Source: Diplonema japonicum (Eukaryota > Protista > Euglenozoa: Diplonemea). From it: a stretch of 64,000 bases of DNA. The notes below the pieces were generated by a model, which saw only the letters and a list, made by a program, of their open reading frames with translations, did not search any database and was not told the origin of the DNA. Both the position numbers and the translations under genes were made by a program. Shown one piece after another: positions 12,201-23,173 of this stretch (position 1 is the stretch's first letter; every line of letters starts with the position of its first letter). Where the stretch lies: NCBI GenBank assembly GCA_964019335.1, contig OZ025652.1:620001-684000 (forward strand), given 5' to 3'.

Positions 12201-15200
12201 CCACGCTAGTGAAAGAGATCCCGTCGCTCACGATAGTGAGCGTGTCGTAAGCCCGGAAGCCGGTGAGGGTGATGCCACCGTACTGCAGGGTTGTAACATT
12301 GTCAGAAAGGAGAATGGCCTTCGGGAAGAGGGAGAGATGCGGGAGAACAAGAGTGCTCTTCAAAGTATCGATGGTGTCGGTATGCGCAATACGGTAACTC
12401 GTAGCAGGGTAGGGCACCGACAATAGTGTTCCTAGCGAGGCGTTAATCATATCTACCACGACGTCTACCTTTGTCGCTGCCAGCACGCGGCGTGTCTTCT
12501 TCCCAACGACCTCTAGCTCGAACCGCAACACCCTCACGTAGCAATCGCCTACAGTTTCTCTGCTGTAGTCAATCGCGTCGAGGAGCGAATTGATCAGTTT
12601 TGCTTCCTTCACTTTCCCAAACGATACTTCTACTACTTCAGAAGGCTTCTGGAAACTGCCCTGCAGGATCTTAATCGTGTGCTTCCCATGCAATGTAATG
12701 CTGCGATCCGACTGCGACGCAACTTCACTGTGCAAACCCAACATGTCCTCTTCTGTGAAGGACACGCCACCCTCGCTGAAGAGCCTGCTTACATCCAATG
12801 TGCTGCTCAAGGCATGTCCGTATTCTCCCGGATCCCGATAAGAAACTCTGAATATTATACTGCAATATTCCGGTATGTTGATCACCGTTGGGAAGTGGAC
12901 TTCGTTTTTCAACAACTTGCCGGGTTCGCGCAGTATTACTGCACGGTAGAACCCTCCACCCTTCCTTTGATGCAGCAAAGGCGGCCACGTTGTGAACTTC
13001 GTTCTCTTTTCTAGCCTCTGCTCTATGTCTTTCTTGTCAGAGGCCACGACAACAACAATGCTCACAGCAAGCATTTTGTATGTAGGAAGCGCGTCGGCTA
13101 ATTCAGTGTTGTTGAAGTGCAGCGATTGCAAGAACAATGCAAGGGAGTGGGGTGTGATGAGGTGGGTGGACGTGGCACGCATCCTGCACGTGATACCTTC
13201 ATCGGTGGTATCGTAGCTGCCCAGGTAAATGCCGTTGGTTGTGAATACTTCATCTTCCTGGATCGTGATGCTGCTGCCAGACGGGGAGATGCGATCCTTA
13301 GGGTGCCTATTCCGCGCAATGGCCACCGAGAGCAGGACTTCCTTAACACCCTCACAGCAGTTTATAGAGGCCTTTGGCCACAAGCAGACTGCACCACTTC
13401 CCTGTACCCATATTGAGGCAGTACTCAGTGCCACGGAGGGCTCGAATATCTCTGTTTTGCCGTTCGGCTGTGTTGTGCTGTGCTGCTTCTTGTCAGTAGC
13501 AGTGCCTTCACCACACTCATCAGCGGCCTCACGGGCATTGCCTTCCTCGCCGGTGCCATCGCCCTCGCCTTCACCGAGGACGTCGGTTTCGTCTACATCG
13601 CCAGCTCCTTGTTCTTTCAGCCACAATAAGTCTTCTGATTCTTGTTTCTTGATATCTTCTGCCCGTAGGATCTCTTTTAGCTGCTCATCCCCCTCGAGCA
13701 CCGTCGCTGCCCATGTTTGTCTTTCCAACTCTTCTTCTTTTTCCACGCCCATCCGCTTTTCCTCTTCACTGATACGTGCCCGACGTACACGTGCCACTGC
13801 CGGGAAGAACTTTCCTTCCATTTCATTAAGATCTTTCAACAGCCTTGCGCAGGCCCGCGCCTCCTCATTCTTCACGATGGCGCGTTTTCGAGACTCCAAA
13901 TTGAAAAAAGTACTGAGTTCCTTCTCGTTTTCTTTCTGCAGTTTGAGCCTTTGCTCATTCGCTTTTCGTTTGTTTTGTTCTTCTATCGCGGCCTGTTCGC
14001 GTTTCTGCATGTTTATGAGGCGTTGCTCTCTCTTTGCGGAACTTTTGTCTTCTGCGTTCATGAACACGAGTTCCAACTTCTCGCAACGCTGCCTCCACAA
14101 ACGTCTGTTGTGTATAGTGGTAAGGCGGGTCAGAGCGGTTGTGAAGATCTTTGTCATAATTTTTCGCTCTTTGGTATAAAGCTCTTTGATGGTAATCCGC
14201 TCCTCGTTTTCGCCGTTTTCGAACAGCACACGATCATCACGCAAGTTGATGGTCATAATCCTCTTCATGGCAAGTTCCCTTTTACAAATGTTTAGCGCTG
14301 CAGTGTGCGCACGCTGCAGCACAACAAAGTCTTGTTGCTCCTCGTACTCAACATGGTCCCGCATAACCTTCTCCTCTGCTTCCATTCTATGCATTTTCGC
14401 TTCAAGGTCCCTCATCATTCTCTGAATCTCCTGCTCTCTCTGTTTCATCAGCAGCATGGACACTTCCAACCTTTGGAATGCGGTAGACAGCAATTTCAGC
14501 AGCTGCTGCCGATCAGACTCCTCCAGGTAGATCAACACCCTTCTCTCTTGCTCTTCGTCACGCACGATGTTTTTCCTCCTCCTGCTGTTTGCCTCTTGTT
14601 TGTCTTTAATCGCGCGTTCTTGGTGTTCCTTTTGTTCCCTTTCGCGTCGTTCAAAAGCTTCCTTCTCGTGAGCTTTGATACCTGTGATGAGCTCAGTCGT
14701 CTCTTTGAGCCATTCCTCGTGTTGAGTCCACAGGTCCATCCACGCCTCGTCCTCTTCCCTCCGCATGACTCTACGGCTGTAGTCTTCGCGCGTCTGCAGT
14801 TTGCACTTCATGTCATGCTGCCAGTCGAACCATGACGCCAATCTGCTGAGTTCTCCGTGTCTACGTTTCCATGAGTCCATGGCCTGCGTCTTGTCTACAA
14901 GCATTACAGAAAGCAAATCTGCAATCGCCGCTGCCTCGTCGCTCATGATGCGCGCACGCCTTGTCCACTCTTGCTGCTTGAGCTTTTGTTTGTGTGATTT
15001 CACAGTGTTTACTTGAGTCAGCTTGCAAGTTGAACACACTTGAATATGCTTCGTGCTATAACTGCTCCCGTCTCCGGTCAAGGGGCACACGCAAGGTAGG
15101 CTTACATCACCCGACCTCACGATCCCGCTCCGCTTTTTGACGTACTTCAAGCTCTTGCTCCTGCCGGGGTTCCTATAGTACAAGCTGCGTGGCAAAGGTT

Positions 15201-15279
15201 CCACATCGGCACTATTCTCGTTCCTCGACAGCCCCGAGAGCCTCCTTTCAAAGTTGAGCAGGCCCGGTAGCCTGTGCAT
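9211..15279 (-). CDS. Large hypothetical protein: N-terminal E/K/R coiled coil plus tandem beta-rich repeats
   Basis: 2022-aa uninterrupted ORF; charged helical region about aa 90-580; recurring (I/L)xx(I/L)x(Y/F)xN..P..R motifs afterwards. Confidence 0.75.
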   Translation of the reverse strand: MHRLPGLLNFERRLSGLSRNENSADVEPLPRSLYYRNPGRSKSLKYVKKRSGIVRSGDVSLPCVCPLTGDGSSYSTKHIQVCSTCKLTQVNTVKSHKQKLKQQEWTRRARIMSDEAAAIADLLSVMLVDKTQAMDSWKRRHGELSRLASWFDWQHDMKCKLQTREDYSRRVMRREEDEAWMDLWTQHEEWLKETTELITGIKAHEKEAFERREREQKEHQERAIKDKQEANSRRRKNIVRDEEQERRVLIYLEESDRQQLLKLLSTAFQRLEVSMLLMKQREQEIQRMMRDLEAKMHRMEAEEKVMRDHVEYEEQQDFVVLQRAHTAALNICKRELAMKRIMTINLRDDRVLFENGENEERITIKELYTKERKIMTKIFTTALTRLTTIHNRRLWRQRCEKLELVFMNAEDKSSAKREQRLINMQKREQAAIEEQNKRKANEQRLKLQKENEKELSTFFNLESRKRAIVKNEEARACARLLKDLNEMEGKFFPAVARVRRARISEEEKRMGVEKEEELERQTWAATVLEGDEQLKEILRAEDIKKQESEDLLWLKEQGAGDVDETDVLGEGEGDGTGEEGNAREAADECGEGTATDKKQHSTTQPNGKTEIFEPSVALSTASIWVQGSGAVCLWPKASINCCEGVKEVLLSVAIARNRHPKDRISPSGSSITIQEDEVFTTNGIYLGSYDTTDEGITCRMRATSTHLITPHSLALFLQSLHFNNTELADALPTYKMLAVSIVVVVASDKKDIEQRLEKRTKFTTWPPLLHQRKGGGFYRAVILREPGKLLKNEVHFPTVINIPEYCSIIFRVSYRDPGEYGHALSSTLDVSRLFSEGGVSFTEEDMLGLHSEVASQSDRSITLHGKHTIKILQGSFQKPSEVVEVSFGKVKEAKLINSLLDAIDYSRETVGDCYVRVLRFELEVVGKKTRRVLAATKVDVVVDMINASLGTLLSVPYPATSYRIAHTDTIDTLKSTLVLPHLSLFPKAILLSDNVTTLQYGGITLTGFRAYDTLTIVSDGISFTSVDDADLDDAVFDDMFVFTAQDRDEVPDIDTSKLQKIIHANRFVAVFSKEDRQAVITFVPGQCTVSIAEAIIRGLIFHCRGGKDWKRYRGVRNLKLTVDLGLEPVIELTVSTTLAVVAPMIMHPEMPNSHLFKEQADAVLLGPFELIEQKDDEIYAGAFIEAKVVQDLETADTISLRGMTTDCVVQGVTLGTITKGPGLLRVTFASPPTPAYTNETSIYMNPPKKHPKCVAGGWIVRLEPHVKGILKTLTYQSSTQDPQLLNKVVLVTVYDGFRGVSSQCIEVDVQPVNDSTELFVDTKTTLYRQGSRAAVRGFELLPGVRLVDPDSHNFNRGYCSVELVGGGDGQDKIDVLTLEQQDARYVLTGELPKLQKGESRTWQKYADPATRALDTQSITPEEAQQRFSDAELPWVTAVGDALYINNVHVASMSSRGSGVKGTHPTYLLIQFMCPYELPLHRASYVLSCLCYESTSRKINTGQRLYQVKINACDGPVADTRLRMQVMVHGPTLWAPPFATTWKYSENAGLKPINKHIKCSYRPDETITKGMVCCKILEVCESDELHFIDVDGGGKWVVKEDGALFLTGVGTKGKDTEGPLGIVNKTNTDLSVVFDADGCTTGRHLELIVRSFGFLNDSDDPATEPRTIEIMYSENEDDSWSSVVTTIVDVLATDDLTEVQLVTDKLCYALGSHDELKIADNAIVTDPDTPIFDGPEGYLLVSFLSGHSKSDMLSILETDDLCLVVNEINGDDKKKQQSVDITWKSVIVGTFSKKARDGGLGKNQFKIIFKQMPLACLEQIVRGITYKNEAKREPHTSRCLGISIKDKKASQTVRVPINIDLYEPFVDLSGCPSDVRGKVKRPFNMAKVSLPSTSECTMHISVSNGASPASPLPWPADFCLTSSIAKFITVRNDHELYWKRSKTGTSIAMDTSLEVCTMLHPTLTQLIFFKGSKVPSDILQQVLRSVYIETDAEPTVFFTVTISLHVSGQILKVTDTLLSKHQS

Positions 15280-15407
15280 CCATTTACTGCCTGAGAGGTG
15301 TGTCAGAAGTGTAAGTACAAATAAGAAAATGGACTAGCGAAAGTTGAAACGAGCAAGTAAAATACCAGGAAGATAGACTCTATATGCTGTAAAGCATAAC
15401 AGAGTTT

Positions 15408-16856
15408 CTATCGCCATATCTCAAGCCTGTGTGTGATCATCCCGTTACAGACTGGACATGTGGAGAGGGTTTCGGCACAAGCCGAACACGCACCGATGTG
15501 TTTGCAGGGCATTAAGACAGTGTTGCGCAAGGTCTTCACGCACACAGGGCATTCTTGAGTTGTACTTGTCCGGGGTGATCCCGATGCCAACGAGCCTCTC
15601 GGGGACGATGGAGCTGATGCGTGTGAGGTGCAAGAAGCTCTTGGAGAGGATTGCCGCGACAGTGGATGGGGTTTCCCCGTATGAGCGCAAAACGGTGGAG
15701 CAGCTGAGAGTGACATATCGCAGTGGGAGCAACTCTCCACTGTATCCTCGACAGCCACGTCCTGCACTTCAAGCTCACAAAGCATTCCCGGCACCGACTG
15801 TCGAGGGCTGACCTCTGTGTCTGCACCAGGACGCGTTGCCCCACAAACCATGCAGACATTGCCTGAAGCATTGCTGAACGTGCAGGCAGGGCATTCGAAT
15901 GGTGCCATGTCTTGTTTGCTAAAAGGCATCTTTCTAACCTTCTCCCAGATATTGTGTTTCACGCCTGCCTTGTCTGCCAGAAGACCCAACCTTGGGAGGC
16001 ACTCTAACGCGATGCCCTTGATGGGTTGCTTGATAAGACCCGTTTTGTAGCACATCATTTGAAGCTCGTCAGACCTGAGGCGCACCTGAATGCGCTGTGA
16101 AGAGTACATCCAATCCCCTGTGGGGGCGAAGATCTCAAGACGTCCACCGGAGTGCAGCACGACCTTGACAGTGCCAGAGGAGGTCTTGAAAGAGACAGCG
16201 TCACCGCGTGTCATGGCGGCAGCGATGAGGTGTTGGGCGGGTTCGTCGAAGTTTTTTGGTGATGGGGAACCTTGCGCGGCCCCTGCAGGGAGATTGATGA
16301 CCTGTTGCCACGAGGGGCCGATGTGGAGTTGCCCTGTAGCGTGGCAAATGGCTGTAACAGAGTAAGACAGCCCGCAAGAAGCACACTTTGTGGGGTCGTC
16401 CTGCTGTACACCATAGTCTGTGATGACAAAGCCGGAGAGCGTGTGCGGGACACGTGCAGCGTCTGCTAGTGTGGCAACCGCAGAGAGGAGGTTGAGCAGT
16501 GCTATGCCTTCCTCTTCTATCGTGAGGATGACGCGCGACGTGGAGTCCAAAAGCGACACCTTATGTCCCTCTGCCCAGCTCATGTCAAGTGACGACGGCA
16601 CAATAGCATTCACAGCATGTGACCATTTCCCGTGCTCTACCACTTCAAGAAGCCCAAGTCTGCAGTTGCACAGGGTGACTTCATCACCCTCGACCGACAT
16701 GCACTTCACATACGCCCCTTCTTGTGTCATTACTTGTCGCAACGCAGCAGACCGCGGTGCACTCTTCGGGATTGGTGGCAGTCCCGACACATCCATCACC
16801 TCCCCGATGTCCACCCCCGTCATCCTGCGCCGTTCCCTGCTTGAGTTCCCGCCCAT
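15408..16856 (-). CDS. RING-finger E3 ligase-like protein with RanBP2-type zinc finger; probable N-myristoylation start MGGNSS
   Basis: C-terminal CPVC..PCKH..CSAC..CPVC RING; FECPACTFSN..CMVCG RanBP2 finger; ATG at 16856. Confidence 0.8.
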   Translation of the reverse strand: MGGNSSRERRRMTGVDIGEVMDVSGLPPIPKSAPRSAALRQVMTQEGAYVKCMSVEGDEVTLCNCRLGLLEVVEHGKWSHAVNAIVPSSLDMSWAEGHKVSLLDSTSRVILTIEEEGIALLNLLSAVATLADAARVPHTLSGFVITDYGVQQDDPTKCASCGLSYSVTAICHATGQLHIGPSWQQVINLPAGAAQGSPSPKNFDEPAQHLIAAAMTRGDAVSFKTSSGTVKVVLHSGGRLEIFAPTGDWMYSSQRIQVRLRSDELQMMCYKTGLIKQPIKGIALECLPRLGLLADKAGVKHNIWEKVRKMPFSKQDMAPFECPACTFSNASGNVCMVCGATRPGADTEVSPRQSVPGMLCELEVQDVAVEDTVESCSHCDMSLSAAPPFCAHTGKPHPLSRQSSPRASCTSHASAPSSPRGSLASGSPRTSTTQECPVCVKTLRNTVLMPCKHIGACSACAETLSTCPVCNGMITHRLEIWR

Positions 16857-17042
16857 TGCGCCTTGCTTCCTATGAATAGTAATCAAGGGAGCGAGACACA
16901 CACCCCTGGACCCATAAAATATAAGGGTATATGAGAAAAAACAACAAAATTTCTTAATTGGTTAGTAAGGGAGGGGTAGAGGTAGCGCAAGCAAGTACGA
17001 AAAACACTATTGGGGTAGTAAATAATCTAGAACTTTTACATT

Positions 17043-17375
17043 TTACTTTACAGGCACCCACCCACCGATATACGCGTTCGCGAAGCAGGGGATGGGGACC
17101 TCAGTGGCCTCCTTGTAAGGACTTCTGAACGGGTTCAGGGCAAGCTCTAGGGGGGAAGTGGCGAGAGGTTTGCCCTCCTTTTGGGCGACTTCAGAAAAGG
17201 CAGAGGTGATCTGCTCGGCAGCGTAGCGGGAGTAAGCGGCGAAGACGACAGGGATGCCATTCTGAATATGCAGAGCACAGGCGTGGGTAGTCGAATGGAA
17301 GAAGGAGTGCCTTGTGTTCGGGCAGTTGAGCAACAGGACGAGATCGCAGGCAGTCTGGTGTGTTGTAAAAGCGTA

Positions 17376-17436
<61 letters not shown>

Positions 17437-18859
17437 ACATCATACCACAGCGCTGTCGCATTTCTTTATGAAAGCAGAGTAGTCGTCAGCATAAAACCTT
17501 GTCACAACCCTATCGTCACCCCTCCCCCGCCATATATCTCCGATCACCCCAGTAGGCTCTCCCTCTACAGCTTCCCAATTGTCCTCCCGCCAGGAAAATA
17601 CTTTGTAATGCATGTCTTTGGCGATCCGCCTGCCTGCAAAGAGGATCTTCAGCTTGGGCATGTCAGGGATCAGTGCGGAAAGGACACCGAACGTGTGTAG
17701 TACGACAGGCTGTGTTTGGAATAGAAAAAAGAAAAGGAGAAGAAGAAAAAAAAAGAACACGTACCTCCAAGCACGCATCGACAACATGCACCGTAACGCA
17801 CTCCTTCCCCCTCCATGCTGTGACCACCTGCGTCATGATGTGGTAGACGGTCATCACGTCGGAAAGCGCCACAGCATGCGGTGAGGTTGTGGTCAGTTGC
17901 ATTGCGTTGTACAATCCCTCCCACGAGCTGAGCAGCGATGTTTGCTTTGAAGGGTATTTCGGGGGATCCACGTCCTCCCACACCGGTCTTGTGTATTGTT
18001 GCGATTCGTACGGCGCAACGTTCCCCCCGTGGAACTCCTCCAGGCTCGGGGTTGGTCTCGCCCATGGGACCGTGCCGACAGTGGTGAACGGCTCCTCATC
18101 GGGGCTGAGCTGGGCGGTTTTCGCCTTCAAGGCGCAGGACTTCTTGTGGCCTTGCTTCCAATCTAATTTCTGATGCTCCGGACTGCAGTAATACGCGATC
18201 TTACACCCAGCACACCTTGCCATCTCCGCACGGCGGCGGGCACAGAACTCACACTTCCTCATGACATCCGGGTAAGTAGGAGGTGTCCACATCTTAACAG
18301 CAAGATCAGACCCATCCATACCCTTGATGACAACAGTGGTCTCGAAGGGTTTGTATGCAGTCCGGTCCGCCTCCTTCGAGATGTCTGGGTCGGTCTCTAG
18401 GGTGGGGGCCAGATCCTTTAGTTTATCTCCAGCCATGGCAACTTGAGTCAGAATTTGGAGCTCATAATCGGTTGGAACCCGGTGGGTGTAACTACCTTCA
18501 AACTCTTTAGGAGGTGTCAGCATTGGGACATATACGTTGCACCTCGGCCTCGGGATCTTGACCCCTTCGACTCGTTCGGGGCGGATCTCTAACTCTACTT
18601 GACCTTCTGGTGCGGCGTAGGTCTCCGGGTCGTTGGAACGCTCTGTCTGCAGCAGGTCGCCGTAGTCCCTGAAGATCTGCACCTTGTTCTTCACGTACTT
18701 GAAATACTTGAAAACCTTCTCTTCGTCGCCTTCGATCTCGAACGAGAAATGTGTTTCCGAAAACTTCTTCCACACTTCCCGCCCCTCGAACTCCATCGCC
18801 ACGTCTTTGAAATACCTGTGCAGAGCGTTGTCTGCAGGGTTCATTTCAGAGAGCTTCAT
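17043..18859 (-). CDS. MYND zinc-finger protein, 3 exons (introns 17710-17764, 17355-17445)
   Basis: CEFC..CAGCKIAYYCSPEHQKLDWKQGHKKSC MYND motif; three ORF pieces join in frame through GT..CAG introns. Confidence 0.75.
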
Positions 18860-19098
18860 TTTTTTTTTTTTTTCTCTTTCCTTCTTGCTTTTCCTTTTTT
18901 GTATATATTTTCTTTTGTTGTATTACTGCAGAAAAAGAGAAGATTACAAAGAAACCCCCTTCGTGATGAAATCAAAACCGCTTCGCAGGAATGGGAAGAA
19001 AAAGATAAAAAAAGATCTCCCATCATGGTATCTAGAGGAGCAAGGGGGGGGGAGCTGTACATGGAGATTCGAAAAAAAAAATTCGATTCAAAAACCTT

Positions 19099-19815
19099 TC
19101 AAAACCTTGATGACGTAGACCCGAAGCCAACGGTGCCGCGGGGCGTGTTGACGGGCTGTGGACGTGCGTCACCGAACCGCTTGACGTCGTAAGTGGCTGA
19201 GGTCGCTGGTTTTTTTGCAGGGAAACGAGGGGAACGGAGCTTGGACCAGGTGGCCCCAGTGGCACGGGCCTCCTTGATGTTAATATTGTAAGTTCCAGGA
19301 GGAGGCGCGCGGTCTTCTTCGAGAACAGGCTGAGGGAATCTAAGCGACATGGAGGTGAATGCTGCCCCGCAAGATCTCGCGGTTTCCTTCTTTGCATTAT
19401 GTGTGCTGTACTCACCAGGACCAGGGGCGGTTGATTTGTTCTTATCGAACCTTGGGGTGGTAGAGCGGAAGGACGAGTTCACAGGCCGGCCTTCTTTCAC
19501 ATCAAAGATAGATGCCGACTTCGACCGCATTGCATTCTGCCCGTCGTCTGCTGAACGTTTGACTGTGAACCTTGGGGATGAAGACCGGAATGCGGCCCCT
19601 GCCCCGCCACGCTTGGGCATGGTGCTGCTCTGCCCGATATAATCAGGCCCCTCAGCCTCCTGTGCTTTAAACCTCTCAGACATGGATGCGAACGCGTTGC
19701 TAGGGCCGCTTTTCCCTGCCCACTTTCTCTGCCCTATCACAAACCCCTCATCATCGCCATTCCTCTTCCCTGGCAGCGTCTTGCGCACACTCCCTGGTGG
19801 ATACGGCATAGGCAT
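19099..19815 (-). CDS. SHIPPO/PG-rich repeat (ODF3-like) flagellar protein
   Basis: APGPGEY and PPPGTY motifs preceded by repeated FxSxxPRF. Confidence 0.7.
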   Translation of the reverse strand: MPMPYPPGSVRKTLPGKRNGDDEGFVIGQRKWAGKSGPSNAFASMSERFKAQEAEGPDYIGQSSTMPKRGGAGAAFRSSSPRFTVKRSADDGQNAMRSKSASIFDVKEGRPVNSSFRSTTPRFDKNKSTAPGPGEYSTHNAKKETARSCGAAFTSMSLRFPQPVLEEDRAPPPGTYNINIKEARATGATWSKLRSPRFPAKKPATSATYDVKRFGDARPQPVNTPRGTVGFGSTSSRF

Positions 19816-20237
19816 GTTTGTTTATTTTTTTTTTTCGTTTCTTTTCTTTTGGATTAAAAGACTTTGAGATTTTACCGCACGAACTCATAACAAAAAAAAG
19901 AGGGAGAAAAAGTGGCAGTGTGGAGGGGGCAGTAAGGGAGGGCAGGTGTGAACTGAAACGAATATTTCTTATCCTTTTATTCTTGTTTTTTTTTTTTTTT
20001 TAATGTTCTTCTTTCTCTTGATTTCCCCCCAGGGTTCTACGTTTTTTTTTCCTCCTTTTTTTGTTCCTTTTCCCCTTCCCCAACATCTGTAAACACAACA
20101 AAAAGAAAACACCCAAGACAAAAAGGAAAAAGAGTCAGACACCACCCACCCTCACCTACAACCGAGAAAATATACACGTTTTTTTTTTTTTTCTTTTTTT
20201 TCTCTCCCTTTTTTTTTCCTTTTTGATCCCTCTTTCC

Positions 20238-21564
20238 TCACAGTTTGGCCACGGCAGGGGCCCTAGCAATACACTTCATCTCCACACCGATAGGGGTGGG
20301 CAAGTTTCTGATAGCCATAGTGGTCCTTGTTGGGCCGATGGATGCAAAGTTCTTGCGGTAGACCTCATTGAAAGCCTTGAAGTCCCTGTCCATGTTCACG
20401 AGGTAGCACTGAATGTCAACGACGTCTGAAAGGGAGGCACCACAGCTGTCGAGAACCGTTTTGATGTTGTCGATGGTTGCCTGTGTCTGCAGGGCTACGT
20501 TGTACTCTAGAGGCTGTCTGTTCGCGTCGTAGATGGGACCACCCGGGACCTGGTTTGTCTTGGGGTCTCTCGGCCCCATTCCGGAAATGAACAAGAGGTT
20601 CCCAAAGCGTCTTGCATGGGGGTATGCTCCTACTGGTTTGGGTGCACCAGATGTTCTCACGATTGCAGCTTCTTCAGACTTGACAGAGCTTCCCGGTGCC
20701 CTGCAGATCACCTTGAGCTCAACACCAATCGGCGTCGGGAGGTTTCTCACTGAGAAGGTGGTCCTCGTAGCCGACAGCCCACCCAGCTCCTCCTTGTAGG
20801 CACGATTGAACTCGGCGAAGTCTCTCTTCATGTCAACTAGGAAGCAGTTCACATCGATGATGTCCTCGAACTTCCCGCCAGAGGCGACGATCACACGGCG
20901 TATCTGTGTGGTGTTGTTTGCAATGTTCTGTGCATACGTTTTCGATCGTTGCCTTTGTTTGCCTGTAGACATCGTACTCCAAAGGCTTCCGATCAGCGTC
21001 GTAGATAGGCCCCCCCGGGACCTCGTTTGTGGCAGGGTCCCTTGGGCCCATCCCGGACACAAACAAAAGATCGCCAAACCTCTTCGCGTGCGGGTACGCC
21101 CCTACTGGGGACGGTGCGTTCTTTGCAACAACAGGCTCCGGTCGTATCTTGGACCCGGGTGCTCTTGCGATGACCTTTAACTCCACACCGATGGGAGACG
21201 GAAGCTGTCGAACGCTGACGGTCGTCCTGGTGGGGGAGTAGCCTGCGAACCCCTCCCGGTAGGCCTTGTTAAAGGCTTTGAAATCACGCTTCATGTTGAT
21301 CAGGAAACACTGAACGTCGATGATGTCCCCGAAGTCTGCTCCGCTTGCTTCCAGAACCTTCTTTATGTTCGCGATCGTAGCCAACGTCTGCTGGTACACA
21401 TCGTAGTCCTGCTCTTTCCCCTCGCTGTTCCACACAGGACCACCTGGGATGCTATCATCGGACCCCCTTGGGCCCATCCCGCTCAAAAACAACAAATCAC
21501 CATACGCCCTCGCGTGGGGGTACGCCCCCATCGGTCTTGGAGCCTTCTCCGCATGCACTGCCAT
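20238..21564 (-). CDS. Rid (YjgF/YER057c/UK114) protein with three tandem domains and C-terminal PTS1 (AKL); 34-nt intron 20904-20937; about 430 aa
   Basis: Three repeats of GAYPHA..LFxSGMGPR..TRTT..LPxPIGVE; the two ORFs join in frame over GTATGC..ACACAG. Confidence 0.88.
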
Positions 21565-22013
21565 AGCTGGTCTTTAGCCTATGTGTTGGAGAATATAACG
21601 TGGGGTATGGGGGGGGGGGGGGAGAATAAAAAAGCCGATCTCGTACCGTATAAAGCACAGTAACTATTATAGGGTACCAAGAAAGAAAAGAAACGACATC
21701 TCATTGAAAGACTACACAAAAAAGAAAAAAAACCAATCTTTCTTCGTCAAGGTGACACAGGACAAACAGCGCTCAGTACGACTACCACGGTCGGCTCCAA
21801 GTGTCATAAAGTACATGGTGGGGTGTTTGTAGTCAAACGACACATTGGAGTGAGCTAACCTGTGCGGCGCCACCTCTCAGACATGGGAGGGCTTTATGCT
21901 TTAGAAACCAGAAAGAGGGGGCCCTCATTTTAATTGGACGTTGGTGGGTAAAAAGAAGAAGGAAAAAGAGAAGCAAATTTGCTGTTGTGTTCTCATCAAT
22001 CAACACAACGCTT

Positions 22014-22988
22014 TCAGATCTCGGAGGTGCAGGGGGACTTGTTGAGGCCGCACTCGTTGGCACCCCTCTTGACCCTGATGTAACCGTTCTCGCCCCAAGA
22101 TGCCCCCCAGGAGTTCTTGATGATCCAGTAGTCGGCGGCGTAGCCAACGATGAGGACACCGTGGTCAAGGGTGCAGACCTCACAGCAGTTGGTGAGGATG
22201 CCTCCGTTGTAGGTCTGCCACTTGGTGGCGTCCACAGCGATGGAGAGGGGCCCGCTGGGACCGACGAACTCGGCCATCGCGTTCTCGTTGTGTGCGATGT
22301 CCTTGTGGCCCTTGATGGTGGCCCCCACCGCCTTCCCGGACACGTCGTGGCACACCCCGCTGAACCCGTCGCCAGAGGTGTAGTGGTACGAGGCCTCCGT
22401 CACGATCTGCCCGTTGTGTGTCTGCTGCAGCCACTTGAAGGCGTTGTCCATGAGACCACCGTTGCAGCCGTCGTCGATCTTGTCGCACGACACCAGTTCC
22501 TGCTCCGACAGCGAGGTCAGGGTGTTCCCCGCAAGGAACCACTGGCCCTCGATCCCTCCGGTCGTGGAGAAGGCCCAACAGCTCCCGCACTGAGCCTGGT
22601 TCTTCACGTGGGTCACAGCTCCCTTTGTCCTCCAGTCCACCTCTGTGGGGGCTCCCGAAGTTGCCGAGGCGGTGTAGGCCGGTCCCTCCTTCTCAACAAC
22701 CTTCAGGTTGTGGTACACCTTGAACTCCTCAGAAGACAGGTCAGAGAACCTGTTCACCCCGAAGGTTGCCCCCATCGCCTGCTCCTTCTCGTACTGGGCT
22801 CCCTTCAAAAGGTTCTTGGTGAAGATCTGGAACCTCCTCTCCTCCTCGGCAGCGCTGCTGTAGGCCTTGTTGTAGTCAGCCTTGAAGGTCCTGAACATCG
22901 TCCTCGAGTTCACCCTGATGTAGTCCTCAGACAGACCCTGCGCGCACCCCGCCAGCAGGGCGATCATCACTGCAGTACCGCAACGCAT
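22014..22988 (-). CDS. Cathepsin L-like cysteine protease (C1A), copy 1
   Basis: Signal peptide, I29-type prodomain, QCGSCWAFS, LDHGV, WIIKNSWG. Start MRCG is set by comparison with copy 2. Confidence 0.93.
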   Translation of the reverse strand: MRCGTAVMIALLAGCAQGLSEDYIRVNSRTMFRTFKADYNKAYSSAAEEERRFQIFTKNLLKGAQYEKEQAMGATFGVNRFSDLSSEEFKVYHNLKVVEKEGPAYTASATSGAPTEVDWRTKGAVTHVKNQAQCGSCWAFSTTGGIEGQWFLAGNTLTSLSEQELVSCDKIDDGCNGGLMDNAFKWLQQTHNGQIVTEASYHYTSGDGFSGVCHDVSGKAVGATIKGHKDIAHNENAMAEFVGPSGPLSIAVDATKWQTYNGGILTNCCEVCTLDHGVLIVGYAADYWIIKNSWGASWGENGYIRVKRGANECGLNKSPCTSEI

Positions 22989-23173
22989 AGTTGTGGGTGG
23001 TTTTCTTTTATTTTTTTTTTGTTTTCCTGAGAAAGTGAGGGTGTTGTGTTGTTTTGTCTTGTGGCTTGTAGTTTTAAGTTCTCTCTCCTTTTTCGTTGTT
23101 CTCGGGGAAAAGAAGATGTCTTTAAAAGAATGTTTTGTTTTAAAATACCCAAAGTACAGGCTCAAAAAAAAAA

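Noticed and set aside
17377-17435. A59 run as a retrocopy poly(A) tail
   Set aside because: It is a T-run on the coding strand inside a MYND-gene intron; homopolymers are ubiquitous here.
20833-21077. Apparent frameshift or pseudogene in the Rid, PFR, LeuRS and acyl-CoA synthetase genes
   Set aside because: Each break is resolved by a canonical GT-AG mini-intron.
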